A stretch of DNA of 64,000 nt. Origin: an uncultured Gemmatimonadaceae bacterium. Its GTDB lineage: Bacteria > Gemmatimonadota > Gemmatimonadetes > Gemmatimonadales > Gemmatimonadaceae. Both the position numbers and the translations under genes were made by a program. Under the pieces are notes generated by a model. The model worked only from the letters and a program-made list of their open reading frames with translations. It had not been told where the DNA came from and searched no databases. The DNA is taken from contig CAVUDW010000002.1 in NCBI GenBank assembly GCA_963740355.1, forward strand, positions 1,696,001 to 1,760,000. The letters run 5' to 3'. Positions 1 to 10,307 of the stretch are shown here, piece after piece (position 1 is the stretch's first letter; each line of letters opens with the position of its first letter).

Positions 1-2
1 GC

Positions 3-51
3 ACCATCGCAAACGGCAAATGGGTGGGAGGCCACGGAGCTCACGGAGTGC
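3..51. repeat. Dispersed REP-like repeat (core CACGGAGCTCACGGAGTGC at 33-51), probably the right half of a doublet truncated by the window edge
   Basis: Positions 3-51 closely match the reverse complement of 27494-27540; the 19-bp core is identical to 27577-27595. Confidence 0.75.
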
Positions 52-122
52 TCCAATAGCAAGCTTGGCCTCTTCCCCAGCGACAGTGCTGGAAGAAGGG
101 AACTGCAACTGCTGGAGACGAG

Positions 123-3100
123 CTACGCTGCCGCTTCCACGGTCTCCGAGGCGGCGTCGGACGGGATGGAGAGGAGGTTGCCGTCGGAGGGGCCCGGCGT
201 GACTGGATCAGGATCGACGCCGCCATTCGGGCCGCCACTATCGCCGCCATTCCGGTTGCGCAGGCGCACGCTCACCAGAGAGCTCACGCCGGGCTCCTGC
301 ATCGTCACACCGTACACGGCATCGGCCGCTTCGGTGGTGGTGCGGGGGTTGTGCGTGATCACGATGAACTGGGTCCGCTCCTTGAACTCGTTCAGCATCT
401 TCACGTAACGACCCACGTTCTGGTCGTCGAGTGGTGCGTCGACTTCGTCGAGGAGACAGAACGGGCTCGGACGGGTGAGGAAGATGCCGAACAGCAGCGA
501 CAACGCCACCAGCGCCCGTTCACCGCTCGAGAGCAGGTGGATGCGCTGCGTCTTCTTGCCGCGCGGGCTGGCGTGGATCTCGATGTCGCAATCGAGCGGC
601 TGGTCGGGATTCTCCAGGCGCAGGTCGCACTCGCCACCACCGAACAACGTCTGGAAGATCTGCTTGAAGTTGTCGCGCACCTTGGCGAACGTCGCAAGGA
701 ACAACTCGCGCGCCGTAGCATCGATCTCCTTGATCGCCTGCAACAGCGACAGCTTCGCTTCCGCAAGGTCATTGCGCTGCGCTGCCAGGAAGTCGAGCCG
801 CTTCACCTCTTCCTCGTGTTCTTCCACCGCCAGCGGGTTCACTGGCCCAAGCTGATCCAACTGCTGACGCAACAATTCGTTCTCACTGCGCAACGCGTCG
901 GCATCCAGGTCGAGCGGCTCGAAGCCTTCCAGCAACTCGGCGATCGGCTTCCGCCACTCGGTCTCGAGGCGCTCGCGAATATTCTGGCGACGCGCTTCCA
1001 GCTGCGTGTGACGCAACTCAGTCTGGTGCAGCTCTTCCGCCATCTGCACCGCCTGGCGACGCACCAGTTCCAGTGCTTCGTCCCCAGTGCGCAACGACAT
1101 GTCGGCGGCACGCAGTCCTTCCTCGGCTTCCATCAGGCGCGTGTCGAGTTCCGACAACGCCAACTGACGTTCCTCGAGCTGCACCGTCAACGTCGCGATC
1201 TGCTCAGCCAAGGCAGAATCTGCATTCGCCAGCTGCATCAACTCGTTGCGCAGCGTCTCGAGACGAGCCGTCGCCGTGGCCTGTTCCTGCAGCAGGCGTG
1301 ACGCACGATCCTGTGCGACCTGCACGCGGGCCTGTGCCTGCGCCTGCGACACCTGCGCGATGGTGCGGCCTTCGCGCGCTTCTTCCAGCATCTCGTCGGC
1401 ACCAACGAGGCGCTGACGGGTGCTGGTGATCACCGCTTCGTAGCCAGCCAACCCCGCGCGCAGCTCTTCCGCCTTGGCATCATCGTCCGCCGCACGCGCC
1501 TGCAGCGATGCCTTCCGCTCACCGAGCTTCTCGGCCAGCTGCTGGGCATCGGCCTGCTCACGACGAGCGCGGGCACTGCGACGCTCGACTTCAGCGCGCG
1601 CCTCTTCGGCACGACGCACTTCACCCTGCGCCTGCGTCGCGGCATCGGCCGCAGCCATCACCGCCTGCTCGGCCGCGGCCAGCGTGGCACTGACCGTGGT
1701 CGCCTCGAGCGCGATGCGTTCTCGCTCTGCCACCAGCCCTTCGAGATCGTCGCGGAGCATCGCCAGTTCAGCACGACGCTGGATCGGGCCCTGCGCCGAC
1801 TCACCACCCGGCAGGTAGATCGCACCACGTGAATCAATGAAGCCGCTGCCACCATCGAGCTGCGTCACCTGGCCGAGCAGTGCCTTCACCCAGCGCTGTG
1901 CCGGCTCGGTGGAGCGCACACGTGATGCAAGTGCTTCGTCCGAGACTGCCGCGTCGTTCACCGCATCGAGCGGGAGCAGCAACACGGGGCCTGGCTTCGC
2001 GTTGGCATGCCATGCTGCCACTGCGCTGGCTGCTTCACGGTCGCGCACCACGACGGCATGCACGGTCGCGCCGAGATACCGCTCGACGAGAATCGCCGCA
2101 TCGCTGTCCGCCGAGAGGAAGTCGGAGAGCGGGCCGAGCACGGCGCCTGCGCCGAACTTCTCGCGCTCGCGCAGTACCGATGCCGCACCCGGTGCAAGAC
2201 CGACACGATCGCGATCGAGTGCCTCGAGACCGTGGATGCGACCCTGCAGCGACGTGCGCTGACGATCGTTGTCACCCAGGCGCGTGCGAACGTCCGCTTC
2301 CGCGGTGCGGGCTGTCTGCGCGGCGAGGCGTGCGCCTTCGAGTGCAGTCTGTGCACGCGAGACCTCCACGCGCCCGATCTCGACTGCTTCTTCGGCAGCT
2401 GCGCTGTCGCGTGCCACTGAGGCCAGTGCATCAGCCAGCGTCTCGATCTCGGCGCCGAGTGCCGATTCACGAGCCAGCACTTCGGCCAGTTCACGCTCGG
2501 TCCCTTCGCGATCGAGTTCCAGTCGGCGCACCTGGTCGCGCGCATCACGCAGCGTCTTCTCGGCGGCTTCCACCTGCTGGCGCGCCATCGACACACTGCG
2601 ACGTGCTTCTTCTTCCGCGCCGGCACGCTCGGTCAACAGCTCGACCGCTGCAGCCAGTTCGGTCTGGAGGCGGAGACGCTCGGTCTCCGCATCCTCACGT
2701 TCGGCCACCACGCGCTGCCCGAGGGCCTCGCCATCCTGCAGTTCCGTGTCAGCGCGTTCACGACGCGACATTGCATTACGCTGGCGCTCTTCAGCCACGC
2801 GCAACTCACGCTCCACCTGGTTCGCCTGCTCGCGCTGCGCCTGTGCCATGCGTGCCAACTCGGCCCGCATCGCTTCGGCAGCGGCGCGTGCACGCTGTGC
2901 GGCTTCGCGATCACGCGCTGCGGTTTCAGCCTGCTCGGCAGCGGCGGGAACGGCGTCACGCAGTTCCTCGAGTCGCGCCTGCAACTGCGTCAGTTCATCG
3001 GCCCAGCTTTCCAGTTCGCGCGCGGCCAGCGTCACATCAACGGAGAACCGGCGCGACGTCAGTTCGACGTTGCGCTCCGCCTTCTTGCGCTGACGTGAAA

Positions 3101-3713
3101 GGGAACGCACCTGGCTCTGGACTTCCTCGATCAGGTCATCGAGGCGCGAGAGATCGACCGTCGTTTCTTCGAGGCGACGCTCCGTGCTGCGACGACGATC
3201 ACGATAGAGGCCGACACCTGCGGCTTCCTCGAACAGTTCGCGACGATCATCGGGACGATCGCTGAGCAACGCGTCGATCATCTTCGCTTCGATCACGACA
3301 CCGGTATCGGCGCCGAGACCGGTGCCACGCACCAGGTCGTGAATGTCGCGCAGACGGCAGGGGGTGCGATTGAGGAAGTAGTCGCTTTCACCCGAGCGCG
3401 AGAGGCGACGGGTGATCACCACTTCCTTGAACGCCACCGGCAACACGCCGTCGGTGTTATCGAAATGCAGCGACACTTCTGCCACGTTCACGGCACGGCG
3501 CGCCGACGAACCCTGGAAGATGACCTCTTCCATCTTTGCGCCACGCAGCATGCGCGCGCGCTGTTCGCCCAGCACCCAGCGCACGGCGTCCGAGACGTTC
3601 GATTTGCCGCAGCCGTTGGGACCGACAATCATCGTCGCCCCCGGCTCGAACAGCATCTCTGTATGGTCCGCGAACGACTTGAAGCCGTGCAGCGTCAACT
3701 TCGTGAGTCTCAC
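123..3713 (-). CDS. smc: Chromosome segregation protein SMC
   Basis: N-terminal GFKSF, Walker A GPNGCGKSN, long coiled coils with central hinge, LGPVN motif, signature LSSGE, Walker B LLDEVDAPLD. Confidence 0.97.
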   Translation of the reverse strand: MRLTKLTLHGFKSFADHTEMLFEPGATMIVGPNGCGKSNVSDAVRWVLGEQRARMLRGAKMEEVIFQGSSARRAVNVAEVSLHFDNTDGVLPVAFKEVVITRRLSRSGESDYFLNRTPCRLRDIHDLVRGTGLGADTGVVIEAKMIDALLSDRPDDRRELFEEAAGVGLYRDRRRSTERRLEETTVDLSRLDDLIEEVQSQVRSLSRQRKKAERNVELTSRRFSVDVTLAARELESWADELTQLQARLEELRDAVPAAAEQAETAARDREAAQRARAAAEAMRAELARMAQAQREQANQVERELRVAEERQRNAMSRRERADTELQDGEALGQRVVAEREDAETERLRLQTELAAAVELLTERAGAEEEARRSVSMARQQVEAAEKTLRDARDQVRRLELDREGTERELAEVLARESALGAEIETLADALASVARDSAAAEEAVEIGRVEVSRAQTALEGARLAAQTARTAEADVRTRLGDNDRQRTSLQGRIHGLEALDRDRVGLAPGAASVLREREKFGAGAVLGPLSDFLSADSDAAILVERYLGATVHAVVVRDREAASAVAAWHANAKPGPVLLLPLDAVNDAAVSDEALASRVRSTEPAQRWVKALLGQVTQLDGGSGFIDSRGAIYLPGGESAQGPIQRRAELAMLRDDLEGLVAERERIALEATTVSATLAAAEQAVMAAADAATQAQGEVRRAEEARAEVERRSARARREQADAQQLAEKLGERKASLQARAADDDAKAEELRAGLAGYEAVITSTRQRLVGADEMLEEAREGRTIAQVSQAQAQARVQVAQDRASRLLQEQATATARLETLRNELMQLANADSALAEQIATLTVQLEERQLALSELDTRLMEAEEGLRAADMSLRTGDEALELVRRQAVQMAEELHQTELRHTQLEARRQNIRERLETEWRKPIAELLEGFEPLDLDADALRSENELLRQQLDQLGPVNPLAVEEHEEEVKRLDFLAAQRNDLAEAKLSLLQAIKEIDATARELFLATFAKVRDNFKQIFQTLFGGGECDLRLENPDQPLDCDIEIHASPRGKKTQRIHLLSSGERALVALSLLFGIFLTRPSPFCLLDEVDAPLDDQNVGRYVKMLNEFKERTQFIVITHNPRTTTEAADAVYGVTMQEPGVSSLVSVRLRNRNGGDSGGPNGGVDPDPVTPGPSDGNLLSIPSDAASETVEAAA

Positions 3714-5126
3714 CTAGAAACTTCTCCCCGTCCGGTAGTAGAGCGTCGATGGGACGCCCTTTGACTTCAGCTCATTCATCAGCGGGATCGCCTGTTCAGG
3801 CGACTCGAACGCGCCGACGAAGATCGTCGCGCTGCCATCGGGCTGCAGCAGCGGATAGGCGGCGATCTGGCGCTGTCCGTAGCCGTCGGCCACGTTCTGC
3901 GCCGCGCGTCGCGAGACCTTGCTTTCCAGCACCAGCGCAAACGGCGTGGCGACCACGCGCCCTGCATCGGCCTTCAGCTTGCCGGTGCTCCGCAATGCTG
4001 CGAGGAGCGAATCGGCCTGACGGGCCTTCGCGAACGCGCCGGCCTGCATCTGGAAGAAACGGCCACGTTCACCGCGAATGCGTACCATCGTGACCGTGCC
4101 CGCAGGCAGCTTCAGGCCGAGATCTGCCCAACGTGCCAGCGCCTGCGCTTCGTCATTGGTCGCCACGATCACGACGCCGAATGCAGCCGCCTTGAGCGAG
4201 TCCTGCGGATTGGCGATTCGTGTCGCCGTCAGTGAATCGACCGCCCGCGCGTTGGGCGACGACGTGTCGCCACCACCAACCGCGCTCGTGTCTTCAACGT
4301 TCACGGCCGACGTCGTCGTCGGCTTGGTGACCGACGAATTCGACGAGGACATGCCGGGACGACCGAGCACGAACCAGAGCGCCACCAGCGCCAGCACCAC
4401 ACCGCCGGCAATGAGCGCCTTCTTCTGCACCGTGCTTTCCGGGAACGGCGTCATCACGCGCTTCTCGACCACGTCCTGCGCCGGCAGCATGACCGGTGAT
4501 GGCTTCTGCGTGACCTGTGGAGCGCGTTCGGTGAGCACATCCGGCACGCCAACGCCGGATGGTGTCGTCAAGACAGGGGCCGGCGCGTCGACATGGGCGA
4601 GCACGGAATTGCGCGGCACGGATAGCACCGATGCAGCGTCGCCAACCACCACCACGCCGTCGAGCATCGAGGCGAGTTCGTGCACCCCTTCGGTGTCGCT
4701 GGTGGCGACGAGGATCAGCAGGGCACCAACTTCGCGGAAACCAGCACCGAGGCGGCGCCAGCGTTCGTTGCGCATGATGTCGGGCGTCACCACCGGCTCG
4801 GTGCCACTTGGCATCACGAACAGCATGCCCGACTCGTCGACCTGGCGCGCGATCTTGTTCAGCGAGACGCCGTAGAGGAAGCTGTCGACGATACCGTGCG
4901 GATCATCGCCGGTGACCAGGCGCTGCAAGGGCTCGACTTCGCCGATCAGGTCACCGATGGCCACACGACGCACACGCGACTGCGCGCGGCCGATACCGAT
5001 CGCGGCGCGAGCTGCGGCGATCGGATCCTTGCCCGTGACGAGGATGGCATGCGCACCTTCCACGGCGGCGGATGATTCCGCACCGAGTGCCTCCCAGTCG
5101 AGCCCAAGCGTGGCGCCTGCTGCCAT
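3714..5126 (-). CDS. Membrane protein: degenerate ParA/MinD/CpsD-like N-terminal domain, one TM helix, C-terminal SPOR-like repeats
   Basis: TM segment ALIAGGVVLALVALWFVLG; C-terminal FQMQAGAF and IFVGAFESPEQA SPOR-like motifs; abuts the smc start. Confidence 0.65.
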   Translation of the reverse strand: MAAGATLGLDWEALGAESSAAVEGAHAILVTGKDPIAAARAAIGIGRAQSRVRRVAIGDLIGEVEPLQRLVTGDDPHGIVDSFLYGVSLNKIARQVDESGMLFVMPSGTEPVVTPDIMRNERWRRLGAGFREVGALLILVATSDTEGVHELASMLDGVVVVGDAASVLSVPRNSVLAHVDAPAPVLTTPSGVGVPDVLTERAPQVTQKPSPVMLPAQDVVEKRVMTPFPESTVQKKALIAGGVVLALVALWFVLGRPGMSSSNSSVTKPTTTSAVNVEDTSAVGGGDTSSPNARAVDSLTATRIANPQDSLKAAAFGVVIVATNDEAQALARWADLGLKLPAGTVTMVRIRGERGRFFQMQAGAFAKARQADSLLAALRSTGKLKADAGRVVATPFALVLESKVSRRAAQNVADGYGQRQIAAYPLLQPDGSATIFVGAFESPEQAIPLMNELKSKGVPSTLYYRTGRSF

Positions 5127-6727
5127 CAGTTCGATCCCCCTTCAAAAACCCAGTAGTCACGGCCCGCGGCCTGCCCAGCACGTTCGGCATCCGAACGCGA
5201 CCGGAAAGGACCAAGAATAACCCGATAGAGGGCGATCCCGTTCGTCGTCGTCGTTACCACCCGCGCCTTTTCGCCATTCGCCTTGATGGCCGAGGCCAAC
5301 TGGCGAGCTGGACCTTCCGCCTTCAGGGCCGCGAACTGGACCACGAAGGTGCCACGTTCACCGAGGGGCGTCGTCGGCTCAGGGGCGGGGCGCTGGCGCG
5401 GCTGGGTGTCGGGCTTGGCCAGTGGTGCCTTGCGGGCGGTGTCCGCCTTGGCTCGGGCGCTGTCGGCAGTACGTACCAGGCGTCGCGCCGCAGTGTCGCG
5501 GCTGAGCCGACCGGAATCACGTCGCGCCACGGCCGAATCGCCGACCATTGCCGTGTCGCGCAGGCGACGCTGCGTGGTGTCGGCGGCGGCCGCCGTGGCC
5601 CGGATCGGATTGTCGCCCGCGCGGCGCCGGAAGCCATTCCACTGCACCACGGTCCAGATGTCCTTGGCGCCCCCCGGCACCACCGAGAGCGGACTGAACG
5701 CATCGGCCGAGAGCACCACCACATCGCCGCCACGCAACGTTCCCACTCGGCCGTCGGGGAAGACGAGAGGCAAGTCAGCGCGCCAGGGGGAGACGAAACG
5801 GCCCAGCACCTTGTCGGTGGCGATGCCGATGACCAGTACCGAGTCCGCCGTTCCACCATGCCGCACCAGCAGGTAACGGCCCAGCGGGTCCATGCGAAGG
5901 GCGCTGGCGTCGGTCGGGACCGGAATCTTGGCCACCACTTCATCGCCGTACTTGTTGATCACCTGCACGCGAGCTTCATCGTCGTCGCGGCCGAGCACGT
6001 ACACTCGGTCGCCGCTCGGCGACGAGGCGGTGGCGATGAGCGAGTCACCGAGACTGATCTTGCCGAGGATCTCCAAGTCGCGGGCCCGGACGCTGACCAA
6101 GCCACGCGGGCCGTCGCTCAGGTAATACCGGTCGCCGCCGGCGGCTGAGATCAGGCGTGCCTCGCCGTCCAGCACTGCGCTGTCCACCGCGGTCGTGGCT
6201 GGGGGCCGGAATCGGGTGAGGACGGTTTCCTTGCCGCGGCGCCCGATGAGAAGCACGCCGCCATCACGCAGCGGCTGCAACTGGCTGGGAGCGGGCTCGG
6301 TGCGAACCTGCCATGGCTTGGCTTCGTTGGCCGTGAGGCGCACCACTGCGCCGGCACTGGTGCCGAAGATTCCGGTGCCATCGAGGCTCACGCTCTCGCC
6401 GAGGGCGCTGGGAAGCACGCGCTCCACGAGGCCACTGCCGAGGGTCAATCGCCATGGCAGGCCGCCCGCATCGCTCAGCACCAGCGTGCCGTTGTCGATG
6501 CTGAAGGCGAGCGGGTGAATTTCCGCCGGCAGCGACGCCTTGCTGCTCCAGAGGAGCGTGTCGAGTGCCGGGTACCGATAGGCGCGCGCCGTGCCTCCCT
6601 GTGCGGGGACACGGAGCACGATGGCATCGGGGCCGAGGGGGGCGACAGAAGCGGCCGTCGCCCCGCGGTCATCGGCGGTGCTGCAGGCGGCCAGCACCAG
6701 GACGAGGGCGAGCAGGGGGGATCGCAC
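5126..6727 (-). CDS. Lipoprotein with beta-propeller-like region and C-terminal SPOR domain
   Basis: Lipobox LAAC; beta-rich repeats; C-terminal FVVQFAAL...YRVILGPFRSRSDAE SPOR signature; stop overlaps the next start. Confidence 0.8.
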   Translation of the reverse strand: MRSPLLALVLVLAACSTADDRGATAASVAPLGPDAIVLRVPAQGGTARAYRYPALDTLLWSSKASLPAEIHPLAFSIDNGTLVLSDAGGLPWRLTLGSGLVERVLPSALGESVSLDGTGIFGTSAGAVVRLTANEAKPWQVRTEPAPSQLQPLRDGGVLLIGRRGKETVLTRFRPPATTAVDSAVLDGEARLISAAGGDRYYLSDGPRGLVSVRARDLEILGKISLGDSLIATASSPSGDRVYVLGRDDDEARVQVINKYGDEVVAKIPVPTDASALRMDPLGRYLLVRHGGTADSVLVIGIATDKVLGRFVSPWRADLPLVFPDGRVGTLRGGDVVVLSADAFSPLSVVPGGAKDIWTVVQWNGFRRRAGDNPIRATAAAADTTQRRLRDTAMVGDSAVARRDSGRLSRDTAARRLVRTADSARAKADTARKAPLAKPDTQPRQRPAPEPTTPLGERGTFVVQFAALKAEGPARQLASAIKANGEKARVVTTTTNGIALYRVILGPFRSRSDAERAGQAAGRDYWVFEGGSN

Positions 6728-6776
6728 CCGGACAAGCTAGCCGTGACAGCGCGGGTACAAAACGCCTTGAAATAGC

Positions 6777-6805
6777 ACGGGCGCCCGCTTTTCGCGGGCG
6801 CCCGT
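6777..6805 (-). terminator. GC-rich hairpin, probable terminator after the Omp85-like gene
   Basis: 12-bp perfect stem ACGGGCGCCCGC/GCGGGCGCCCGT with 5-nt loop; weak U tract. Confidence 0.6.
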
Positions 6806-6839
6806 CGGATCGGTCAGGAACTGCTGACGCGGCTGGTGA

Positions 6840-9800
6840 TCAGTACGACGTACCCAGCGACCACTGCCAGAAGCCCTTCCGCTCCGGACGATCGAGCGGG
6901 ATCGCGTAGTCCCAGCGCAGCAGCGCGAAGTTGAAGAGGTTCACGCGAATGGAATAGCCGTAGCTCCGCAGCACGTAGCGCTGATTGGCGTTGTCGTAGT
7001 TGGCCGGCTTCGACAGCGAGGCCTTCTGGCCGGCGCTGTACGCAATGCCCGCATCGTAGAACACCGCACCATCGACCGGCGGCAGCTGCACCGGCAGCAC
7101 GCCGAGCTCGAAGCGACGCACCAGCGGGAAGCGAACTTCGGCCGAGGCGACCGCAGCGCGCGAGCCAAGCAGCTCGGCGTTGCTGCAACCGCCCGACGCG
7201 CCGATGGTCGGCTGGCAGCCGTAGTCGAGGGCATTCACACGATCGTAGCCACGCAACCACATCAAGCCGTTCGGGTTGCCGATGTAATTCGGGAAGAACG
7301 TCTCGTCCTTGCCCGCGCGAATCATGCTCGTGAAGCGCGTGGCGATCGTGATGTAGTTGAACAGCAACGGGTCATAGCGGCGATAGTCAACCGTGAACTC
7401 GTGCCACTGCTTGCTGCCGAACGTCGGCTCGTAGGCGAAGCGCATACGACGGCCCATGATCGGCGCCGTGTAGCCGTTGAGGGTGTTGTCGGAGACGAAC
7501 GCCGCCTTCGGTTGCAGGAACGTCAAGGCGCCGAAGTTCTGGTCCTCGATGATCTGGAACTGCGTGCTCTCGCCGAAGCTGTTGAACTGACGCGCCACCA
7601 GCAGCTGCGAGCGCCCGATGTTCTGCAACCCGAGCCCAAGCTCGAAACGCTTGAAGCGATTGCGCGGCAGCAACGAGGTGAACCCGACATCGCGCAGCAC
7701 ATACCGCGCGAGGCTCTGCGTTTCCTGGTAGACACCGGCCGAGACCTGTGTGATCTCCTGGCCATTGAAGAAGAAGTACGGGTACTGCGAGACTGCGGTG
7801 TTGTACTGCAGCTTGCCACCGAGATTCGTGTAGCCAGCGTAGATGATGGCATCCTGCAGGCGGCCGTTCACCTGTGCCGTGAAGGCGAGGCGATTGTTGC
7901 CAAGCAGGTCGCTGAGCACGACGGTGGTGCCACCGAACAGGCCGCGCCCGAAGTTGTCCTGTGCGTAGCCGATGCTTGGGCGAGCGACATAGTCGGCTTC
8001 GTAGCTCACCTTGTACGGGCCGTCGCGGAACCGCGTCGGATCAGGCAAGGCGAGATCGGCGCTGTCGAGCATCTCGTTCACCGTTACTGCATTCGAATCA
8101 CGCTCACCGCGGTTCGGCAGCGAGTCGGCTGCGCGCGTGCCTTCATTGCCACGATAGACCGAGCGCGTGCCATACATCGGAGTCTGAACCACCGGCGTAG
8201 TGACGGCCGGATCGGATGCACTGCGCGGCGTCGACGGCACCACCGGGACTGGCGATGTCGGTGGCTTGGCGGTCGGTTGCCCGGGCCGCTGCACCGGCAA
8301 TCCTGGTGTCGGATTCTGCACCGCGGGAATACTCGGCGTCGTCGTCACCGGCGGCTGCGTCACGATGGTCGGCGTCGGCGCACTCGGCACCGCGGTCACG
8401 CTGATCCCGTTCGCCGACGCGATCAGTGCCGGCTGCGCGGCGGCTGGTGCGCGATACGGTTCCTTCTTCAGCGCACGCGGATTCTCCACCGTCCACACGG
8501 TGTACTCACCCTTCTTCTCGAAGTGCACGAAGGCCAGGCGATCGGCCGTGCGCGCCCAGGAGAGGGCAGGGGAGAACTCGGTGATGCCCGAGACGCCACC
8601 AGCCACGTTCGTCAGCTGATAGTGCTCACGATTGCCGAAATCGTAGAGGAAGACGTTCGGCACCCCGTTGCGATCGGTGATGTAGGCCAGGCTCTTGCCA
8701 TCGGGCGCCCATTGCGGATTGATGCTCAGGCCTGGCTGGTTCGGCAGCACAGTGACATTGCCGGTGGCCATGTCATAGAGGCTGATCTTCCACCGGCTGA
8801 ATCGCAGCAACTCGAAGTCGGTCTCGGCGCCGCGGTCGCTGGCGAAGGCGATCGTCTTGCCGTCCGGCGACACACTCGGCATGAAGTCGCCATAGCGGTC
8901 GTTGGTCAGCATGCGGAAGCCAGTGCCGTCTACTGCCACGATCGCGAGATCGGTGATGCCACCCTTGTTCGAACTGAAGACGATGTGCGAACCATCCGGC
9001 GTGAACACCGGGCTCAACACGCCATCGACCGGCAGGTCGATGCGACGGGTATTGCCACCCTTCGTGCGCGTCAGGTACAGCACGTCCTTGCCGTTGCGCT
9101 GGCCGACGTATGCCACCTGCTGGCCGTCGGGCGAGAAGGAACTCTGGCTGTAGAGCAGGCGGAGTTCTTCGGCGTTCGGATTGGTGGTGCTCTTCACGAG
9201 GCGGCGAATGCGCTTGCCCGTGCGGGCATCCGCCAGCCAGAGATCGATGAAGACTTCGCCGCGCAGGAAGTTGCCGTCCGACAGGAACACCATGTTCTTG
9301 CCGTCATCCGACAACGTCGGCGCGAGGAAGATGTTGCCGCCGCTTTTCTTGGGGCTGAGGATGTTGTCGGCGAAGCGGCGCGGGCGGTCGAGGTTCACCA
9401 CCTGCGGCAGGAACTGCTTCTGCAGCGCATCCTTCCAGTCGTCGCTCAGTTCTTCCAGCGACAGGCCGAGCTCGCGCTTGAAGGAGCGTTCGACACCAAC
9501 GTTCGGCAGCGCCTCGAGAATCTGGCCGATCACCTGGTCGCCCCACCGCTCGCCGATGTAACGCATCAGCGACTCGCCGAAGCGATATGGGAAGAAGCGA
9601 TCCGGATAGAGCGTCATCTGCTCGATCGACGGGATGTCTCCGTTCAGCGCCGCATCGCGCAGCCACATGTCGGTGAAGCGATGGTCGGTGCCCAGCGACA
9701 GGTATTCGGCCATGCCTTCCATCAGCCAGAGCGGCGGATTGACCGCCTGCAGCGACTGCAGGTTGGCGCCGGCGCGACCGCGCGAGAAGACGTCGTACTG

Positions 9801-10289
9801 GAACTGGTGCGCCATTTCGTGCGTGAGCACATGCTCGAACGTGCGGAAGTCGCCCGTGAGCGGGAGCACGTTGCGCTGGCGTTGTGCGTCGGTGACGCCG
9901 CCGGTGCCTTCGCCGAGGTCGCCGAAGATGTTGTTCTGGGCGAAGTCGGTGCGGCTGGCGAAGATCACGATCGGCTTGCGCTCGCGGAATTCGTGGCCCA
10001 GCACGCGCGAGAGCCGCGCATACGACCGTTCGGCCATACGCGCCGCGTCTTCGACGGCCGCTTTTTCTTCCTTGTAGTAATGCACGCGGAAGTGCTCGGT
10101 CTCGAGCACCCGCCAATCGAACCGATTGTACTGCACCTGGTTCTTGCCGAAGTACCCCTGGGCTCCCGCTGTCGTGGCGACCGCCATCGACGAGGTGAGA
10201 GCCATCACCAGTGTGGGCAGAGCCATCACCAGGTTTCGCCGCATCCGCATTCCCAGTCCTCCCGGACCCGTTGCCGCCAGTTGCGTCAT
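6840..10289 (-). CDS. Outer-membrane protein: gluzincin-type peptidase domain, TolB/PD40 beta-propeller, Pro-rich linker, Omp85/BamA-type barrel (true start probably near 10250)
   Basis: Signal peptide; HEMAH plus EGMAE; repeated SPDG/APDG PD40 motifs; LRGY motif and aromatic C-terminus (WSLGTSY) typical of Omp85 barrels. Confidence 0.8.
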   Translation of the reverse strand: MTQLAATGPGGLGMRMRRNLVMALPTLVMALTSSMAVATTAGAQGYFGKNQVQYNRFDWRVLETEHFRVHYYKEEKAAVEDAARMAERSYARLSRVLGHEFRERKPIVIFASRTDFAQNNIFGDLGEGTGGVTDAQRQRNVLPLTGDFRTFEHVLTHEMAHQFQYDVFSRGRAGANLQSLQAVNPPLWLMEGMAEYLSLGTDHRFTDMWLRDAALNGDIPSIEQMTLYPDRFFPYRFGESLMRYIGERWGDQVIGQILEALPNVGVERSFKRELGLSLEELSDDWKDALQKQFLPQVVNLDRPRRFADNILSPKKSGGNIFLAPTLSDDGKNMVFLSDGNFLRGEVFIDLWLADARTGKRIRRLVKSTTNPNAEELRLLYSQSSFSPDGQQVAYVGQRNGKDVLYLTRTKGGNTRRIDLPVDGVLSPVFTPDGSHIVFSSNKGGITDLAIVAVDGTGFRMLTNDRYGDFMPSVSPDGKTIAFASDRGAETDFELLRFSRWKISLYDMATGNVTVLPNQPGLSINPQWAPDGKSLAYITDRNGVPNVFLYDFGNREHYQLTNVAGGVSGITEFSPALSWARTADRLAFVHFEKKGEYTVWTVENPRALKKEPYRAPAAAQPALIASANGISVTAVPSAPTPTIVTQPPVTTTPSIPAVQNPTPGLPVQRPGQPTAKPPTSPVPVVPSTPRSASDPAVTTPVVQTPMYGTRSVYRGNEGTRAADSLPNRGERDSNAVTVNEMLDSADLALPDPTRFRDGPYKVSYEADYVARPSIGYAQDNFGRGLFGGTTVVLSDLLGNNRLAFTAQVNGRLQDAIIYAGYTNLGGKLQYNTAVSQYPYFFFNGQEITQVSAGVYQETQSLARYVLRDVGFTSLLPRNRFKRFELGLGLQNIGRSQLLVARQFNSFGESTQFQIIEDQNFGALTFLQPKAAFVSDNTLNGYTAPIMGRRMRFAYEPTFGSKQWHEFTVDYRRYDPLLFNYITIATRFTSMIRAGKDETFFPNYIGNPNGLMWLRGYDRVNALDYGCQPTIGASGGCSNAELLGSRAAVASAEVRFPLVRRFELGVLPVQLPPVDGAVFYDAGIAYSAGQKASLSKPANYDNANQRYVLRSYGYSIRVNLFNFALLRWDYAIPLDRPERKGFWQWSLGTSY

Positions 10290-10307
10290 CCGCGCGTCAA
10301 TCCAACG

